Shown: positions 35,195 to 48,399 of the stretch, in pieces
Layout of the letters: the number at the start of each line of letters is the position of its first letter
Numbering within the stretch: position 1 is the first letter of the stretch
Origin: Dicyema japonicum
Taxonomy: Eukaryota; Animalia; Dicyemida
Assembly: GCA_011109175.1 (NCBI GenBank)
Contig: RDEW01000009.1
Location: forward strand, 702,875 to 766,874
DNA length: 64,000 nt
Direction: 5' to 3'
Position numbers and translations under genes: made by a program
Notes under the pieces: model-generated
The model's input: the letters and a program-made list of their open reading frames with translations, nothing else
What the model was told of the DNA's origin: nothing
The model's database searches: none

Positions 35195-37960
35195 ATGGAT
35201 CAACACACATTACACCCAGAGACTGGACACTACATGCTCTACATGCGGTTTTGCCAATGCACGCAAATGTGGACTTTCTGCTCGTCTTGCGGTGACTTTT
35301 TCCACCTTGGATGCATAAAGATGTCTCAGCGGGCTGCGTGCTCGCTCTGCCTGTGTAACTGCAGTGTCTGCATGGGCACTGGTTGGAAAACCCAGAGGAT
35401 CATTCCAAACAAGCACGTCGAACCAAACGAGCTTCTAGACTTCAATAATATGGACAACCTCTTGCTCTTCTTGTCGGATCTAAGGAAAGCCAGGAAGATC
35501 CCAATCAGGATCCCAAAACCTGTCCGGATCCCCGCGGCTACATGTCTGGCCTCTGCAATTGACGATGCTCTCACGTCCGACGACCTGGAGGCCTGGTTAA
35601 AACTCCTCAGTTTTGCTCCGATGGCCCTTGGAATTCCATTTATTGACTCAAAAGGAGATCAACGGAATACAGAGGAAAGTACGACACTTGGGAACTCCCT
35701 TTCTTCAAAAATGAAGAAGAACATCCAGGTTTTTTATGTGCTTTCTCTCACCAAGACGGAAGTCAAGAAATCAAGACATTCTGATTCCAATCCTCTGGTT
35801 TATTTGAATGGCCCGGAAAAACTTAAAGAGAGAGCGAACCGCAAACTATTCGAAGGCGACGTCCGAGCGGCGTTGCGCGTCGTCGCCAGCGACGAAACTG
35901 TTATGGCTGCGACACCTGAGGTGCTAGAACTACTCAGACATAAACATCCATGTGCTCCGGAAGATTACCGCCCATTCGTGCTTCCGGGAAATTTGTCAAG
36001 GATGACCGTCACCGAAGGCGAAGTGCGACGCGGCATTTCGTCCTTTGCGGCGAGTAGCAGTGGAGGTGTCGATGGCTTGCGGCCGGGTCACATTAAAGAT
36101 CTTACGGCGGAGGCTACTGCAGAAGCTGGCTGCAACCTTGTCAAATCAATTACAAAACTGGTTATGCGTATTTTGAACTTTTGGACAGAAAGACGAACAA
36201 AACCCACACATTGGGGTCAAGCTGGACATCTGCAATGCCTTCAATTCATTGAGGAGGGATCAAATTTTCGAAACTACAAGCAAACGAGCCCCGGAACTTA
36301 TTCCACTTGTCTTCCTCGCTTACGGAACCAATTCTTCACTGGTTTTCGGGACAAGATTATCTGTTCGGAGACCGGAGTTCAACAAGGGGACCCACTTGGT
36401 CCACTACTCTTCGCTCTGGCCATCGATGAAATTGTCTGCTCTATAAACACACAACTAGACCTTTGGTATCTCGATGACGCTACAATTGGAGGGCCGTGGA
36501 GAAAAGTACACGACGTTCTGTCATATGCCGTGCCGGCACTAAAAACCTCGGACTTGAGATAAACATAAAGAAATCGGAGCTAATAAATATCACATACTCG
36601 GAGAGTGATTTCATCAACGTGGTCGAGTCTTTCAACTCGGTACTACCTGGAATTACTGTCGTACCCAGGGAGTGGACATACTTTCTTGGGTGCCCACTTG
36701 ACGAAAAGGAACTGCGGAGCCATCTACAAACAAAAGAGGATGAACTCTCCAGAGTCACAGAGAAACTCTCCTTACTCGATGGTCATACAGCGTTCTTCCT
36801 TTTGAAGAATAGCATCGGCTTGCCCAAACTCCTATATGCTCTCCGATGTTCTCCCTGCTTCAAACATCGTGACATCCTCCTGTCACTTGATAGGACATTG
36901 AGAAAATCAGCTGAATTGCTTCTAAACATCCACTTTGATGTGCCGAGTTGGAACCAATGCAAGCTTCCTACACGCCTCGGAGGAACGGGTCTCAGGTCGG
37001 CGCTGGAGATCGCCTATCCAGCATATGTGTCATCGCTCTCAAGTGGAAGCCTTTTGGTCCAAGAAATCCTACGTATTACAACCGGACTCTCTTGAGAAAA
37101 AGTCTTCGACGAAGCTCGTTGCGAATGGTGTGAAACTGGTTTGGATATGCCGAACGATCCTTCGAGGCAACGTGACTGGGATGATATTTACTCCAAGAAT
37201 ATCTTCGACGTGCTAAAGTCTGAGGCCAACCAGCATCGTCTTGCATGCCTCGTGTCCGCAGCCAACCATGAGAGCGGAGCGTGGCTGGATGCACTCCCGT
37301 GTTCCTCCCTGGGGACCCTATTGGACGATGACTGTATTCGGATTGGAATCGCACAACGCCTGGGAGCTGATGTTTGCGTCGAACACAATGTCGCTGTGGA
37401 GGGATCGTCGATGCCAAAGGGCTGCACCCGCTCTCGTGCAAAAGGAGCGCGGGCAGAGCACCCCGCCATGCTGCTATGAACAGCATTGTCTTGCGAACTC
37501 TTGAAGCGGCAGGCTTCCCGGCAGTAGTGGGATTGGACCGCGGAGATGGGAAAAGGCCGGATGGGTTAACTATCATTCCTTTCACTGAGGGAAAAATAGG
37601 ACTGCACTGTTGTGGATTCTTTCTCGAACTCGATGATGCTCAGCTCGGCGCAGTCTGCTGGATCGGCAGCCAATCTGGCCAAGAAAATCAAGATTAAAAA
37701 ATATGGTGAAATTGGAGACCGCTACCGTTTTGTACCGGTAGCAATCGAGACGTCTGGCGCGGCTGGAAGTATTAACAGCCTCTTTCCTAAAGGAAATCGG
37801 GGGAAAATTGGCCCACCGCAAGAAAGACGTGCGGGAAGCGGTCTGGCTGAGGCAAAGAATTGGTATCGCAGTTGTTCGCGGAAACGCTTACTCCGTGATG
37901 TCAGCAGCCGCTCTCCCCCATAGTTAATGAATAATATTTTATTGTTGAAAAAAAAATATA
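35195..37960 (+). mobile_element. CRE family A, long copy with N-terminal PHD finger and an internal RT deletion
   Basis: CSSCGDFFHLGC..CSVC; SSGGVDGLRPGH; GVQQGDPLGP; WYLDD; 3' 1.7 kb nearly identical to 13798-15560, but lacks the QLGVG..GCEAAVHA segment present in that copy. Confidence 0.92.
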
Positions 37961-38099
37961 TAAAAAAATTAAATAATTAATTGTTATTAATTTTTTAAGA
38001 CAATTATTTGACAAAGAAACAAATGTTAGTTGAGGAAGTCGGCTGCTTGGATCGTGAACGAGTTCCCTCGGAGCATGGCCATTCCAATCTTTTGTCTCA

Positions 38100-39140
38100 G
38101 CCATAACCCTTCTCGTTGATCCCTTTTCTTTCTGGCAAGCATTCTTCCGAGTTCGTGCAAGAACTCAGCCGTAATTGGACCAACGGCTCCTGATGACTCG
38201 ATTGTTATTAATTAGAAGATCAAACATGTTTACAGTCCCGATTTCGCTACCTCTTCAACAGTGTTCCTCTGGGATCTGTTCATTCACACTCACTTTTTAA
38301 TCTTTTCTTTAGCGGCATTCCAATGATTCATAAACTCTCCTAACATACGCCGAGTTATACATCCAAAAATCCTCGGAGTCATGTTTGACATTTCGCTCTG
38401 CCTTAATAAACACGTTGAAAACTTTTCACTAAAGCAAGGCGAAAGTCAAATATCCTTCAAGCAGTAGCTGGTCACTCAAAAATGCGAGTGTCTAACGCTC
38501 CTATAAAAAAATCATCAGGACGACACTGAATTATGCCTTCCAAGCTGGGCTCCATGAATATCACTCTCTCGTACAAAAGCTGCAGCAGGTCCAAAAATCA
38601 GCATTGAAAGTTGTAACGAGCTATTTGAAATCATCTCCCATTATCCATTTACTTGGGAGTCAAAAATTCTGACTCTAGGTGACCACCTTAAAATGATTAG
38701 CTTGCAATTATCTTAGAGAATCACTTGATTCAAACCACCCAACCTTCTCATTACTTAAATCCACTAACCGCAGACATATACGGAGAATTCAATGATCTCC
38801 AAAGAACATTTAGGAAAATCTTACCTCCAGCAAAAGACCAAACCTGGGCCAAAAGTATACATGACTTTGTATCTGAGCGTGCCATACGAATCCTCGAATA
38901 GAACAAGATACTGGAGCCAGACTTCCTGAGATTAGCGCTTCAGAACTGCTTCTTCCGAGGGTGTCAGAGTGGAACTTTCGCGTTTACGATTTTGACATCA
39001 TCCGTCTGTGGCTGGGAGAGTAGTTTGATCTCTTTGCTTGCCCTGGAGCACCAGGACTCTTTGTGAATACTCTGTCAAGTGGCGCGTTTTTTGACGGTTC
39101 CGTTTTCCTACATGTAGGAGAAACTGGGGTTAATAATTTA
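38100..39140 (+). mobile_element. APE-LINE 3' fragment with tail
   Basis: LGVMFD.., LNYA, LQQVQ..ALKVVT; ends ctggggttaataattta. Confidence 0.6.
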
Positions 39141-39165
39141 ATTCTAATAGGAATAAAAAAATTTT

Positions 39166-39400
39166 TTGGTTGAGGTGGTGACTCGGTTATTGAACATTAT
39201 GTCTGGAAAAAACGAAATTCAAATACTAGACTTCTCTTTTTTGACGTTCAATGTCAGGAGGTACTCTAGTACCTGGAAAAGAGAGAACTTTGTGAGGATC
39301 CAGATTGTCATCCGACATTCTTTATAAGAGAATGAGGACCACATCGATTTCGTAAGAGATCCTAGTGGTAAGATGGAGACTTTGGAGATATACTTCGTCT
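39166..39400 (+). mobile_element. RTE 5' fragment
   Basis: TTGGTTGAGGTGGTGAC, then ATG and MSGKNEIQILDFSFLTFNVRRY (APE start). Confidence 0.65.
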
Positions 39401-39789
39401 GGACCTTGGGACTCCCGCGAACGTGGCCATGGAGGACTATTTTGTTTTGGAAGCTCATCGATTCTGTGGTCTATCAAGGACAGCCATATGGACCGTCCTT
39501 GACGAATACCTTAAAGAAATCGGGATACGCCTTAGGGACGGGAAGGACTTTAGGTCTTTGATCCTGCTCTACAGCGTCGTCGTTTACAAGCTGCGAGGCA
39601 TGGAAAAGAGTCACCAAAAAAGCAGTAACTAACTTGTAACTTGATTTTTCATATGCACCTACTTTGTCAGCACCTATAGCGTAAGTGGAAATAATAATAA
39701 ACAGAATTTATTTAGTTTTAACCGATTCATGTTAGTCATCTGTTTTCTTCACTTGAAGGGATTGGGGGTTAATAAATATCTTAACACTA

Positions 39790-40100
39790 ATTTTTCTAAT
39801 CATAAGTGTCGGACAAAATCCAGATGTCTCAGGTTCGAATTTTGCTGCTGTCCATTCCGGCTGAATGTTCCACACATCTACGATGTTTTTGGGATTATCA
39901 AGTGACGCGATCATCAGTGAGACCTCACAACAGAACCAGATTTTTTATAAAGACTAAACACAACCAAAAAAGAGTAAAGAACATTACTGTTGTCTTGGTC
40001 TCATCCTATGATTAATTAGCATGACTGTTCTTAAATAAAGTGTGTGTTTCGCCTAAGTAAAGGTCCAAATAATGGAAACATTACTACTCCTCGACTGAAG
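39790..40100 (+). mobile_element. Older, diverged SINE copy
   Basis: ggttcgaattttgctgctg, agtgacgcgatcatcagtg and taaataaagtgtgtgt shared with the 25664 SINE. Confidence 0.75.
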
Positions 40101-40299
40101 GGTTGTAACCAAATTAAGAGGAAATGAGGCAATTAGATGATCACGGGGGTGAAAACTTCTTTACTTGTGTTTTTGCTAAATTCGTTCTACATGCGACGCA
40201 TCCTAGCCTCGATATATTGGCCGTATTGATGTCTCAACATCAAACTGAAAGAGTTCCTGTATTGTTTGAAGAACACCTTCATAAAGTTGAATTTTCTTT

Positions 40300-43200
40300 G
40301 GCAACGACAGGATAGCATGTTGTCTACATGTGTCGAAAGTGACTCCCATATCTTGACGTTGTGGAGAATTTATTTTATATAGTAAGAGGTTAATTAAAGT
40401 GTTAGTTAGGGGGAGATGGTTAACTACAAGTCCTATCTTACGGTTTAGAGTCTTCCCTAATATCCATCTCCATTTTTACAGATCCTGAAGTCTCATATAC
40501 GAGTCTCTAACGCGACTCTATAAAATTATTCATTTTGTCTTGCATCACCGTTTTCGTCTTGAGCTACTTATTCATCTTTCTTTAACACAGCTTGATAACT
40601 GGTCTTGTCTTTTCTAACCGCAATATTATCTGAGGAATAGTACCACCCATAACATCCGTAAACAGGCGGCAGGACAATGACGCGCTAGAACAGGAACCGG
40701 GAGATCACAGAAACCTCTCTTCCAATTTTCAGCTTTCTCAAGCATACAAGAGCATAGAAGGCTCTTTTCCTTTAACAGCTACGTCTTCCATAAAGTCCCC
40801 CTTCCTTCTGATTAACACTCAAAGATAGTTCAAGTTAGCATATCATTTATGTTCCTCAAGGCGCAGGCCTGTTGATTAAATCTTCGAAAGTTGGAGATTC
40901 CTAGAGCGTTGTTTTTCTCAGCTGTGATGGTCAAACCCTTAAGACACACCATTCGTCGATTTATTCAATGTAATCGCCAAGTCTTCGAGTTCTGTCGGAC
41001 AGGAAGTGTTCATTTATTTTATTATTTCCATTGGGGCTTTTGTTTCATAAAGATGGCTTAGTAGTGCTTCATGCCACACATTATCGGATGCTTTTGATTT
41101 ATCAAGGCAAACAAGATTGATGAGACTTTTGAAATCTCTCGCTTGGTAATTTCGAGTTTAGCAGAGAAAGTAGCTAACGGATCTGCCGGGCAGGAAATCA
41201 TATTGTTGGTTTCCACCGGAAATGGTGTGTCCAAGTTAAATAATAGCATCAAATATGACTCGAATGACCTTCAAAAGAGTCATTAGGTCTTCTTTAAATA
41301 GCCTCATCCTTATGCACTCAATGTCAGGACGTTATTCCGTGATTCTTTTATTCCAAAGTCAACCTCCTGAATTGTAATCTTCGCGTGGTGTGAGTACTGG
41401 GTGTTACTGTCGAGTACTTCCCAACCATCAATCTTATCTGCCTTTTATGCATCAATTTCTTGCGTTCGTTGTAGCTGGTCTCTAAAGATCGCAACAACTT
41501 CTGTTTGGGTTGATTCTTTCCCATCTGACTTTTGAAGTAAAGTCAGGTCCGATTCTGTCCTTAGGCACATCAGTTTTCCGTATATCCTCCAGAAATTTTC
41601 CCTTTTAAGTCTTGCTTCAGATCTCCACTTCTTGATTTCGTCTTTCATCCTGCTCTACAGCGTCGTTTCATCTGATTAATTATTTTTAAGTGTTCTGCGT
41701 GAGGCGGGGGAATTCTCACCCCTCTACCTCTTGTGTTTAACACGACAATCACTTGGTCTTCTCGTGGAGGCCGCTGGTTTCCTACCCACCAGGCAGCTCC
41801 CATAACTCGTTCCGTTGCAGGCCAACCTGCAGTTGATGCATGATCTTCCATTGGTTTTTACCAGCTATTCCGGAAGACTATGCGTCCTCCACATCGAAGA
41901 CAACTTGTCCCATTACAATGCCTTGCGAAGTTGTTGTAGCATCCTCATGGCAGCCTCTCTCTCTATGTCTGTACGTTCAAATGAGAATTCCAGACGTAAC
42001 AGAAAAGTGACTTTCAGTTAGAGTCATCATTAATCTCGCCACTTGTAGTTTCAATCCATTTCTGAGGAACCAGTATATCTTCCTTGGCGATGTGTTGTAG
42101 TAAGTCGTTATCACCCCAGAGATGGTCTCACATTCTGACTTACTATCCGAAGTAAATATCATGAATGTGCTTTATGCCGCAGACACCGTAATGGAATTAA
42201 TAGCGAGCGAATCATGCACCCCTGTTGAGGTGTGATTGTACAGCGGCAGCCGCGAGAAATGGGGATCTTCCCTAACGGCTAAAATAATATCATCTGCATA
42301 AGCTAGGATCAGTATGTTTGGATCATTGACGTTTGAAATATCGGATAAAAGCAAGTTGAATTATGCAGGGGACAGTGGAGATCCGGTAACAGGAGAGATA
42401 TTGAATTATGGTTACCAAACCGTACTCTCCCACGTCGCCTGAAAAAGAAATTTATCAGCCACAGTTTTAGAGTCGAATGCTTTTTGAGTGCCCACATAGA
42501 GCAATGCTGTTCGCAAATAGGTTTTTGGTGTATTGAGAGCATCGGTGATAAATTGAGAGACAAATACAAGATCCATTGTAGTTGAGCGACTTGGTCTGAA
42601 ACCACGTTGGAAGGAAGGTGGCAAAAGATTCGGGAAAATTATCTTTAGAACAAGTTTTTCCAACACTTTGAACATTGTGGATGTAAGGGAGACGGACCTG
42701 TTTTCAGAATATGTTTGATCAAGGAATTCTAGATATTTGGGAGAACTTGTGTGTTGATAGATTAATTTTAAAAATCCGTTAATGCAGCATTAAATCGAGT
42801 CAATGATCCTTAAGGTGGATCAATGATACCCCATCGGGGTCACATGCAAGGGTTGCACGTAGTGAAGCAATGGAATCACTACAAATAGGTCTTTTGAGTC
42901 TCATCACAATCGGGTTATGGGTTACATTCGGTTACGTTCGACTCCGGATATTTTCCAAGTTGGACCTAGTACCCACACCAATTGATTTCTACATTCGAAT
43001 TGGGATCTACACGGGATGTTGTTAACCACATCATCGGTCCCTGCAGGACGGTTTGGGACCACCGTGGAATAACATACTTGGGAAAAGACCTACAAAGGGA
43101 GAACTATCTGGAGATGGGCGTACTGGCTTTGTACGTTCTGGAGATAAATTAGTAATTGGATGGATAGCAAGGATAAGGGGTACCCGGAGGAACAGTCCAG

Positions 43201-43560
43201 GCCAACCGGAGGACTGGTAGTTACCTATTCTATAACTTGTTGTTTTAATTCATTTTTCATTTTCGGGTTATGGTCGCTTGAAAAACCACACCGTACATCC
43301 CATGAAATACATCATGCAAGTGAGGGAGTACACAATGAGATGCCTGAGGAGGAAGGACTGTCCAGTCTTCGGATTGGAGTCCTGGTATGAAAATTCAGAT
43401 TATTTAGAAAAACCATATGGTCTATAGTCGACAATATAATCTTTCTCTCACCGTCAGTTTGTTGAGATTGTAACCACTGGGGTGTTAGCGTTCAAATCGC
43501 CACAAATAATAAGGTCTTTCAACCCACAAAGTCCCGATAGCTTTGTTCCTGATGTTGCCG
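40300..43560 (-). mobile_element. Degenerate APE-LINE (I/Ingi-group)
   Basis: IICGDLNA (EN), KVLEKL, FQRGFRPSRST, ILAYADDI (RT). Confidence 0.75.
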
Positions 43561-43619
43561 GACGGGGATTGGGCGTTACCTGAGTAAGGTGGATCAAATT
43601 ACGCACCAAAAGAAAGACT

Positions 43620-46360
43620 CCTGGTATGTCTGGATGGTATGCCTCAACTGGAAACTCGAGATGTTGTTTGTTCCCCTGGATTCTATTGCTTTCTGGAGAT
43701 ATTGAACAAAACCCTGGACCAAAATTCCTTGTTATTATGCAACTCAATGCTAACGGAATAAAAACAAAGATTCTGGAGTTACGATGTCTATTATCGAAGC
43801 ACAAGATTGACATGTGCCTTATCCAGGAGTCAAAACTTTCTACAAAGAGTACAACCCCACTTTTCCTGGATACATCTCTATCAGAAAAAACCGCATTTGA
43901 AGTGGTGGTGGCTTACTTACCATTATTAAAAACGGTTTATCCTTCCACGATGTGAGCTCGCAAGTGGATGATTTAATTCTATACGACAGGACCGCAGGAA
44001 CAAATCTCTATTGATCTTATTAATGGGTCAGAGCATCTTATTCTAATCAACATTTACATTCCCCCGCCGGGTGTCCTAATAACTATGTTCCGAAGCTCAA
44101 CAAACTAAAAGAAATTTGAAATGTGTTAATATGTGGAGATTTAACGCTAAACATCCCCAATGGTTAAGAACCTAGTCGGCGGACAAGAGGGAGAGTCTAA
44201 TTATTAAATTTTTCGTGATTCTGAATCACCCGAACATCTTCACAAGGACACCAGTCTGAAGAAATAACAACCCAATCTCCCCCAACATATCCTTTGCTTC
44301 CTCTAAGATTGCCCTGATGATTTCATGGAACGTCTCTACGGTTTTCATAGTGGTCATAATCCGATTATATTAAAACTGAGCCGATTCAATAACTCACGTA
44401 GAATTAAAGCAACCTTAAAGATCTACAAAAAAGCTGACTGGTCAAATTTCAAGCTCTTCATTGCACAACCTAATACATTTTGCTTCATCGACAAAGTTGT
44501 TTGTCCCACGTGCAGTGTACAAATCCTAAAAGACTACTCTGGACACGGAGACTCGTCTCCTCATCAAGCAAATAAACTGCCTGAAGATGAATCATCAACA
44601 AACCTCTTCTGATTTGGAAAATATAAAATGTTTAAATCAGAGAATAACAAAACTCATCAGAGAAAAGAAAGATAGGGCGTGAACCGCATATGAATTATGC
44701 AAGGGAATCATATATTGGACATATAAAATCCACGATGTATCAGAATCCTTTTCTGCTCCAAATACTGAACAAGCTAACAACCTAATGAAATATTACGCAT
44801 CTATAAGTCACAAAGACTTCTCGAAAACTCATTCTTGTCACATTCGGAATTTAGTGCCTAAACCAACTTTGTGGATCAATTTATTTACGCATGCCGAGGT
44901 CACACAGGCTATAAGATCGATGGAGAGATCTTATTCGTGTGGTCCTGACGATTCCGGGAATTTTGCTAAAACACCTTGGTAATGTTGCAATCAATTCGAT
45001 TACGTCAATTTTTAATTTGTCCTTTAACAAGAACGTCATCCCATGCAAATGGAAGAACTCACTTATAATACCCCTCTAAAACTAGGAAAACCGAAAACGT
45101 TGCCTTCTTTCTACCGTCAAATTTCATTGACGTGCGCATTATCGCGTCCAATGGAGAAACTCGTACTCTGGAAAATTAAACCCCATTTGCCCAACTGCCA
45201 CTTTCAACATGGTTTCAAATGTGAGCGTTCAACTAGGACACATTTGACTTCACTGTCTAAATTTATATCAGAAGGGTTTAACGACCGAAATGCCATTTAC
45301 GGTGAATATGGTTCCTGGATATCCAGAAGGCGTTCGATTCTGTCCAGAGAACATTACTCACGAAAAGGTTTTTGACACCACCATTCAGCGGCTTTGAAAA
45401 GATGGATAGCAAATTTTCTCCGGAAGAAGAGGACGTGTTGTGTAGGCCATGCAAAATCGAGGTCCCGTCTTACCAAATGGCGTCCCTCAAGGATCGCCCT
45501 TCTCCGGCGCTATTCAATTTATTCCTAAACGATTTACCTGCCCTGGAGACCAGATTCAATGCTTCTTACATATGCTGACGACTTAATTATCGCTAGTAGG
45601 AGCAAATACGTGGATATGACAAAATCAGAGCTTCAGTCACATATTGATGACCTGGGAGCCTGGTTAAATTTGAATCGTCTCTCTATATCCAGGGATAAAT
45701 CAACTTATACTATCTTCACCACAGACAGAAAAATATATACTGGATTTGAGCATATATGGAGAATCTTTACTTTTACAGATTCATCCAACTATTCTGGGAG
45801 TGGCTTTCGACCCTTTGATGAAATTTTCTCAACATGTGAAGAACGTTATGACAAAGGGTCTTAGGAAACTGAAAATAATGAAATCGTTTTTAAAGTCCAG
45901 GCCGTCATGGGAATGCGCTGTCGTCTTGTACAATCAACTTTTAAACGACGGTTGAGTATGCTTGTGCCTCATGGGCTTATGGAGTTTCAATATCCAATTT
46001 GTACAAGATCAATTCCCTAACAGCCAAATTGGTGCGTCTAACGAATCTACCTGCCGATCTTTTCCCTCCAATGCTTGACCACGCCTCAATCGAAAACAAC
46101 GGTTCCGGTTTCATCGGTCTGTGTAGTCACGAAACAAGTCGTTTCTTCCATTCAAGACTAGAAGTCTCAAATAAGCGTAAATTGGGAAAAAACCACCCCT
46201 TTTCAAAATCTAATGAAAGGTGATCGTCGTCGGTACAGGAAAGCCGTGGGTACTCTGGAGGAACATAAGAAAAACCTCTCGATCCTTTTGAGGTGTACCG
46301 AGGTCACTTAATTAGTTGTTTTACTCCTTTCTTGATGTTGCCTTTTCGGGGTTAAATAAT
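43620..46360 (+). mobile_element. Near full-length degenerate Ingi/L1Tc/Vingi-like element with N-terminal 2A peptide
   Basis: LLLSGDIEQNPGP + IMQLNANG..IQESKL (EN), FQHGFK..RST, GVPQGS, YADD; tail tttcggggttaaataat; its last ~320 bp recur at 59190-59510. Confidence 0.85.
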
Positions 46361-46421
46361 AACCTAAATGTAAGAAAAAACCCAAAAGAGAAACAAGAAA
46401 ATCAATTGTAATTAATTAACA

Positions 46422-46885
46422 CTATGCAAGCTGAATTTTCCTTTTTTTTGGGCATTGGCCCTTTGTATCACCCTCACTGTTCTCCTCGTATACCATTTGA
46501 GAAAGCAAATCACTAGACAAGACAGCTGTTTCTTTTGGTGCCTCTTCTACGTCACCTCCGAGTTCAGAGCCTCTTGAGATAAGATGATTAGTCATTCTTG
46601 TAACCTCATCATCATAGTTATCAACTTTCAGCCCATTTCTATGCTCAATTATCATGCTCTCTAAAGTTTTTTTAATCGTCATTGATTGGATGTACGCCCT
46701 TGTAGAGACATCCACGTTGAGTCTTTCCATATAGGACTTGTAGTACTTTGTTACTACTCCTTCCCATGTCAAAACAATCGGAATTATTGTCATTGGCCTT
46801 GTGAATTTGTGCTAGTTCTCCTGCCAGAAGGTCGTATTTGTGGAGTTTTTCCACTACAACATGTTCTAGCAAATCTTTAATAAAA
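46422..46885 (-). mobile_element. RLE-type non-LTR retrotransposon C-terminus
   Basis: EKLHKYDLLAGEL and IIPIVLTWEGVVTKYYKSY..AYIQS..IKKTLES. Confidence 0.75.
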
Positions 46886-46914
46886 GGAAAGAAAAGAAAT
46901 CTTCAATAAATTAT

Positions 46915-46942
46915 CCACGTGGCACCACATTGAACCACGTGG
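46915..46942 (-). ncRNA. Relic L1Tc/Ingi-type HDV-like ribozyme core
   Basis: CCACGTGG-TTCAATGT-GGT-GCCACGTGG resembles the L1Tc Pr77 core (TCAACGT-GGT-GCCA, recalled from memory); P2 and P4 missing. Confidence 0.4.
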
Positions 46943-47633
46943 CCGTAGTTATGATTGCTTATTAATGATATTTAATTTATTCAGACATTTAGTTAATAAA
47001 GCTTCCAGGAATTTAAAAGCGTGAACCTTTTGCAGAACGTGCGGGATTTTGCAGATTTCAATGTCGATCAATAACTGACTGTTCATTGCATAAGCTAGGA
47101 ATCTGATTGTGCTTTTTAATTGCTTATGAACTTAAGAAAGAAAGGAAAAAGTGATACAATTGACCAGTTGTGCAGGTCATTGTCGATTTGAGAAAGTCAT
47201 GTTTTTTCCATTAGAATTTAATAAAATGTCTCCTGTGAACAACAGAAGTGGATTGATGACATTCTAAGGGTTTATTAAAACCGTAGCTTACTTATATATT
47301 CGCTTAACAACAATGAGTTTAACTCCCCCTCTGGCTACTTTATCGAAGGTATCTCTTAATATTTCACTGCTCCTGATGTTTTATCATGAAATCACGTGGT
47401 TGATCTATCTCCAAGAAGACCACTTAATTCTCCCACTACATTGATTATCCTTTAGAATTCACAACTTCTGTCAGCTAGTCGTTTCTCCCCCTTTTCAGGA
47501 TGTACTCATTATCATCTAAGAAGGAGTCATTGTCGGTGATTTAGGAACTGAATACACTAATTGAGAATGTTTAAAAACAAATCCCCTCTTAATTACGAGA
47601 AAACAATCACGTCCTTGAATCTCGTTTAACTAG

Positions 47634-47738
47634 TACAAATAAAAACTAAGAAGTTCAAATAGACTGAACCGTTACAAATAAAAACTAAGAAGTTCAAATA
47701 GACTGAACCGTTACAAATAAAAACTAAGAAATTCAAAT
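47634..47738. repeat. Tandem repeat, 39 bp x~2.7
   Basis: tacaaataaaaactaagaagttcaaatagactgaaccgt. Confidence 0.95.
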
Positions 47739-48399
47739 CTGTTAGAATTGGAGAGCTAAAAGGAAACACATAATCACAGAGTAGAAAAGAACTAAGAACA
47801 GCAAAAAGACAAAATTAAAAAACTAGCTAAGTCATTGGTTCAAGGAGAATCAAGTTGAGAATATTACTTCCTTTGACGACTATCGTCTTCCCGCAAAACT
47901 CCTCTTCGTTGATGGAGTCACAATCCATCACAATATTAAGGTAAGGGTCATAACCGCGGAACACTCCCTTTATAACCGTATTGGAGACTAATTTAACTAA
48001 AAGGCGCTTTTCTAAATATCTAAATTATAAATAAATCCACTATTTTTGATACTTTCGTAACTCCGGAAAATTCACACGAGCCATTTAACACAGCGTTGCT
48101 TTTAAATTTATTTAATAAATTTTATTTATTAGTATTAATAAATAAAACTTTAATTTCAAAAATTTCCATGCTATTTAAATAAAAATGAAATAATTCATTA
48201 TCCTCGTCTTAACTACCCCCTCCAAGATATTTCTCTTCTCAAAGGAATTTTCTTTGGATTGTATTCCCTGTTTTCTTTGGGGGATTTATGGGAGCGCCCG
48301 GAAACGCCTATGAATCTTTCTTCTCATTTAAAAAAACTTTAAAAAGGCCACATCAGTCTAATAAAATGGCTATATCCAGTTCCCATGGTCAGAGTGAAA

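Noticed and set aside
47634-47738. CRISPR-like array (also considered for 1172-1279 and 58118-58335)
   Set aside because: Contiguous tandem units with no unique spacers, no cas genes, eukaryotic context.
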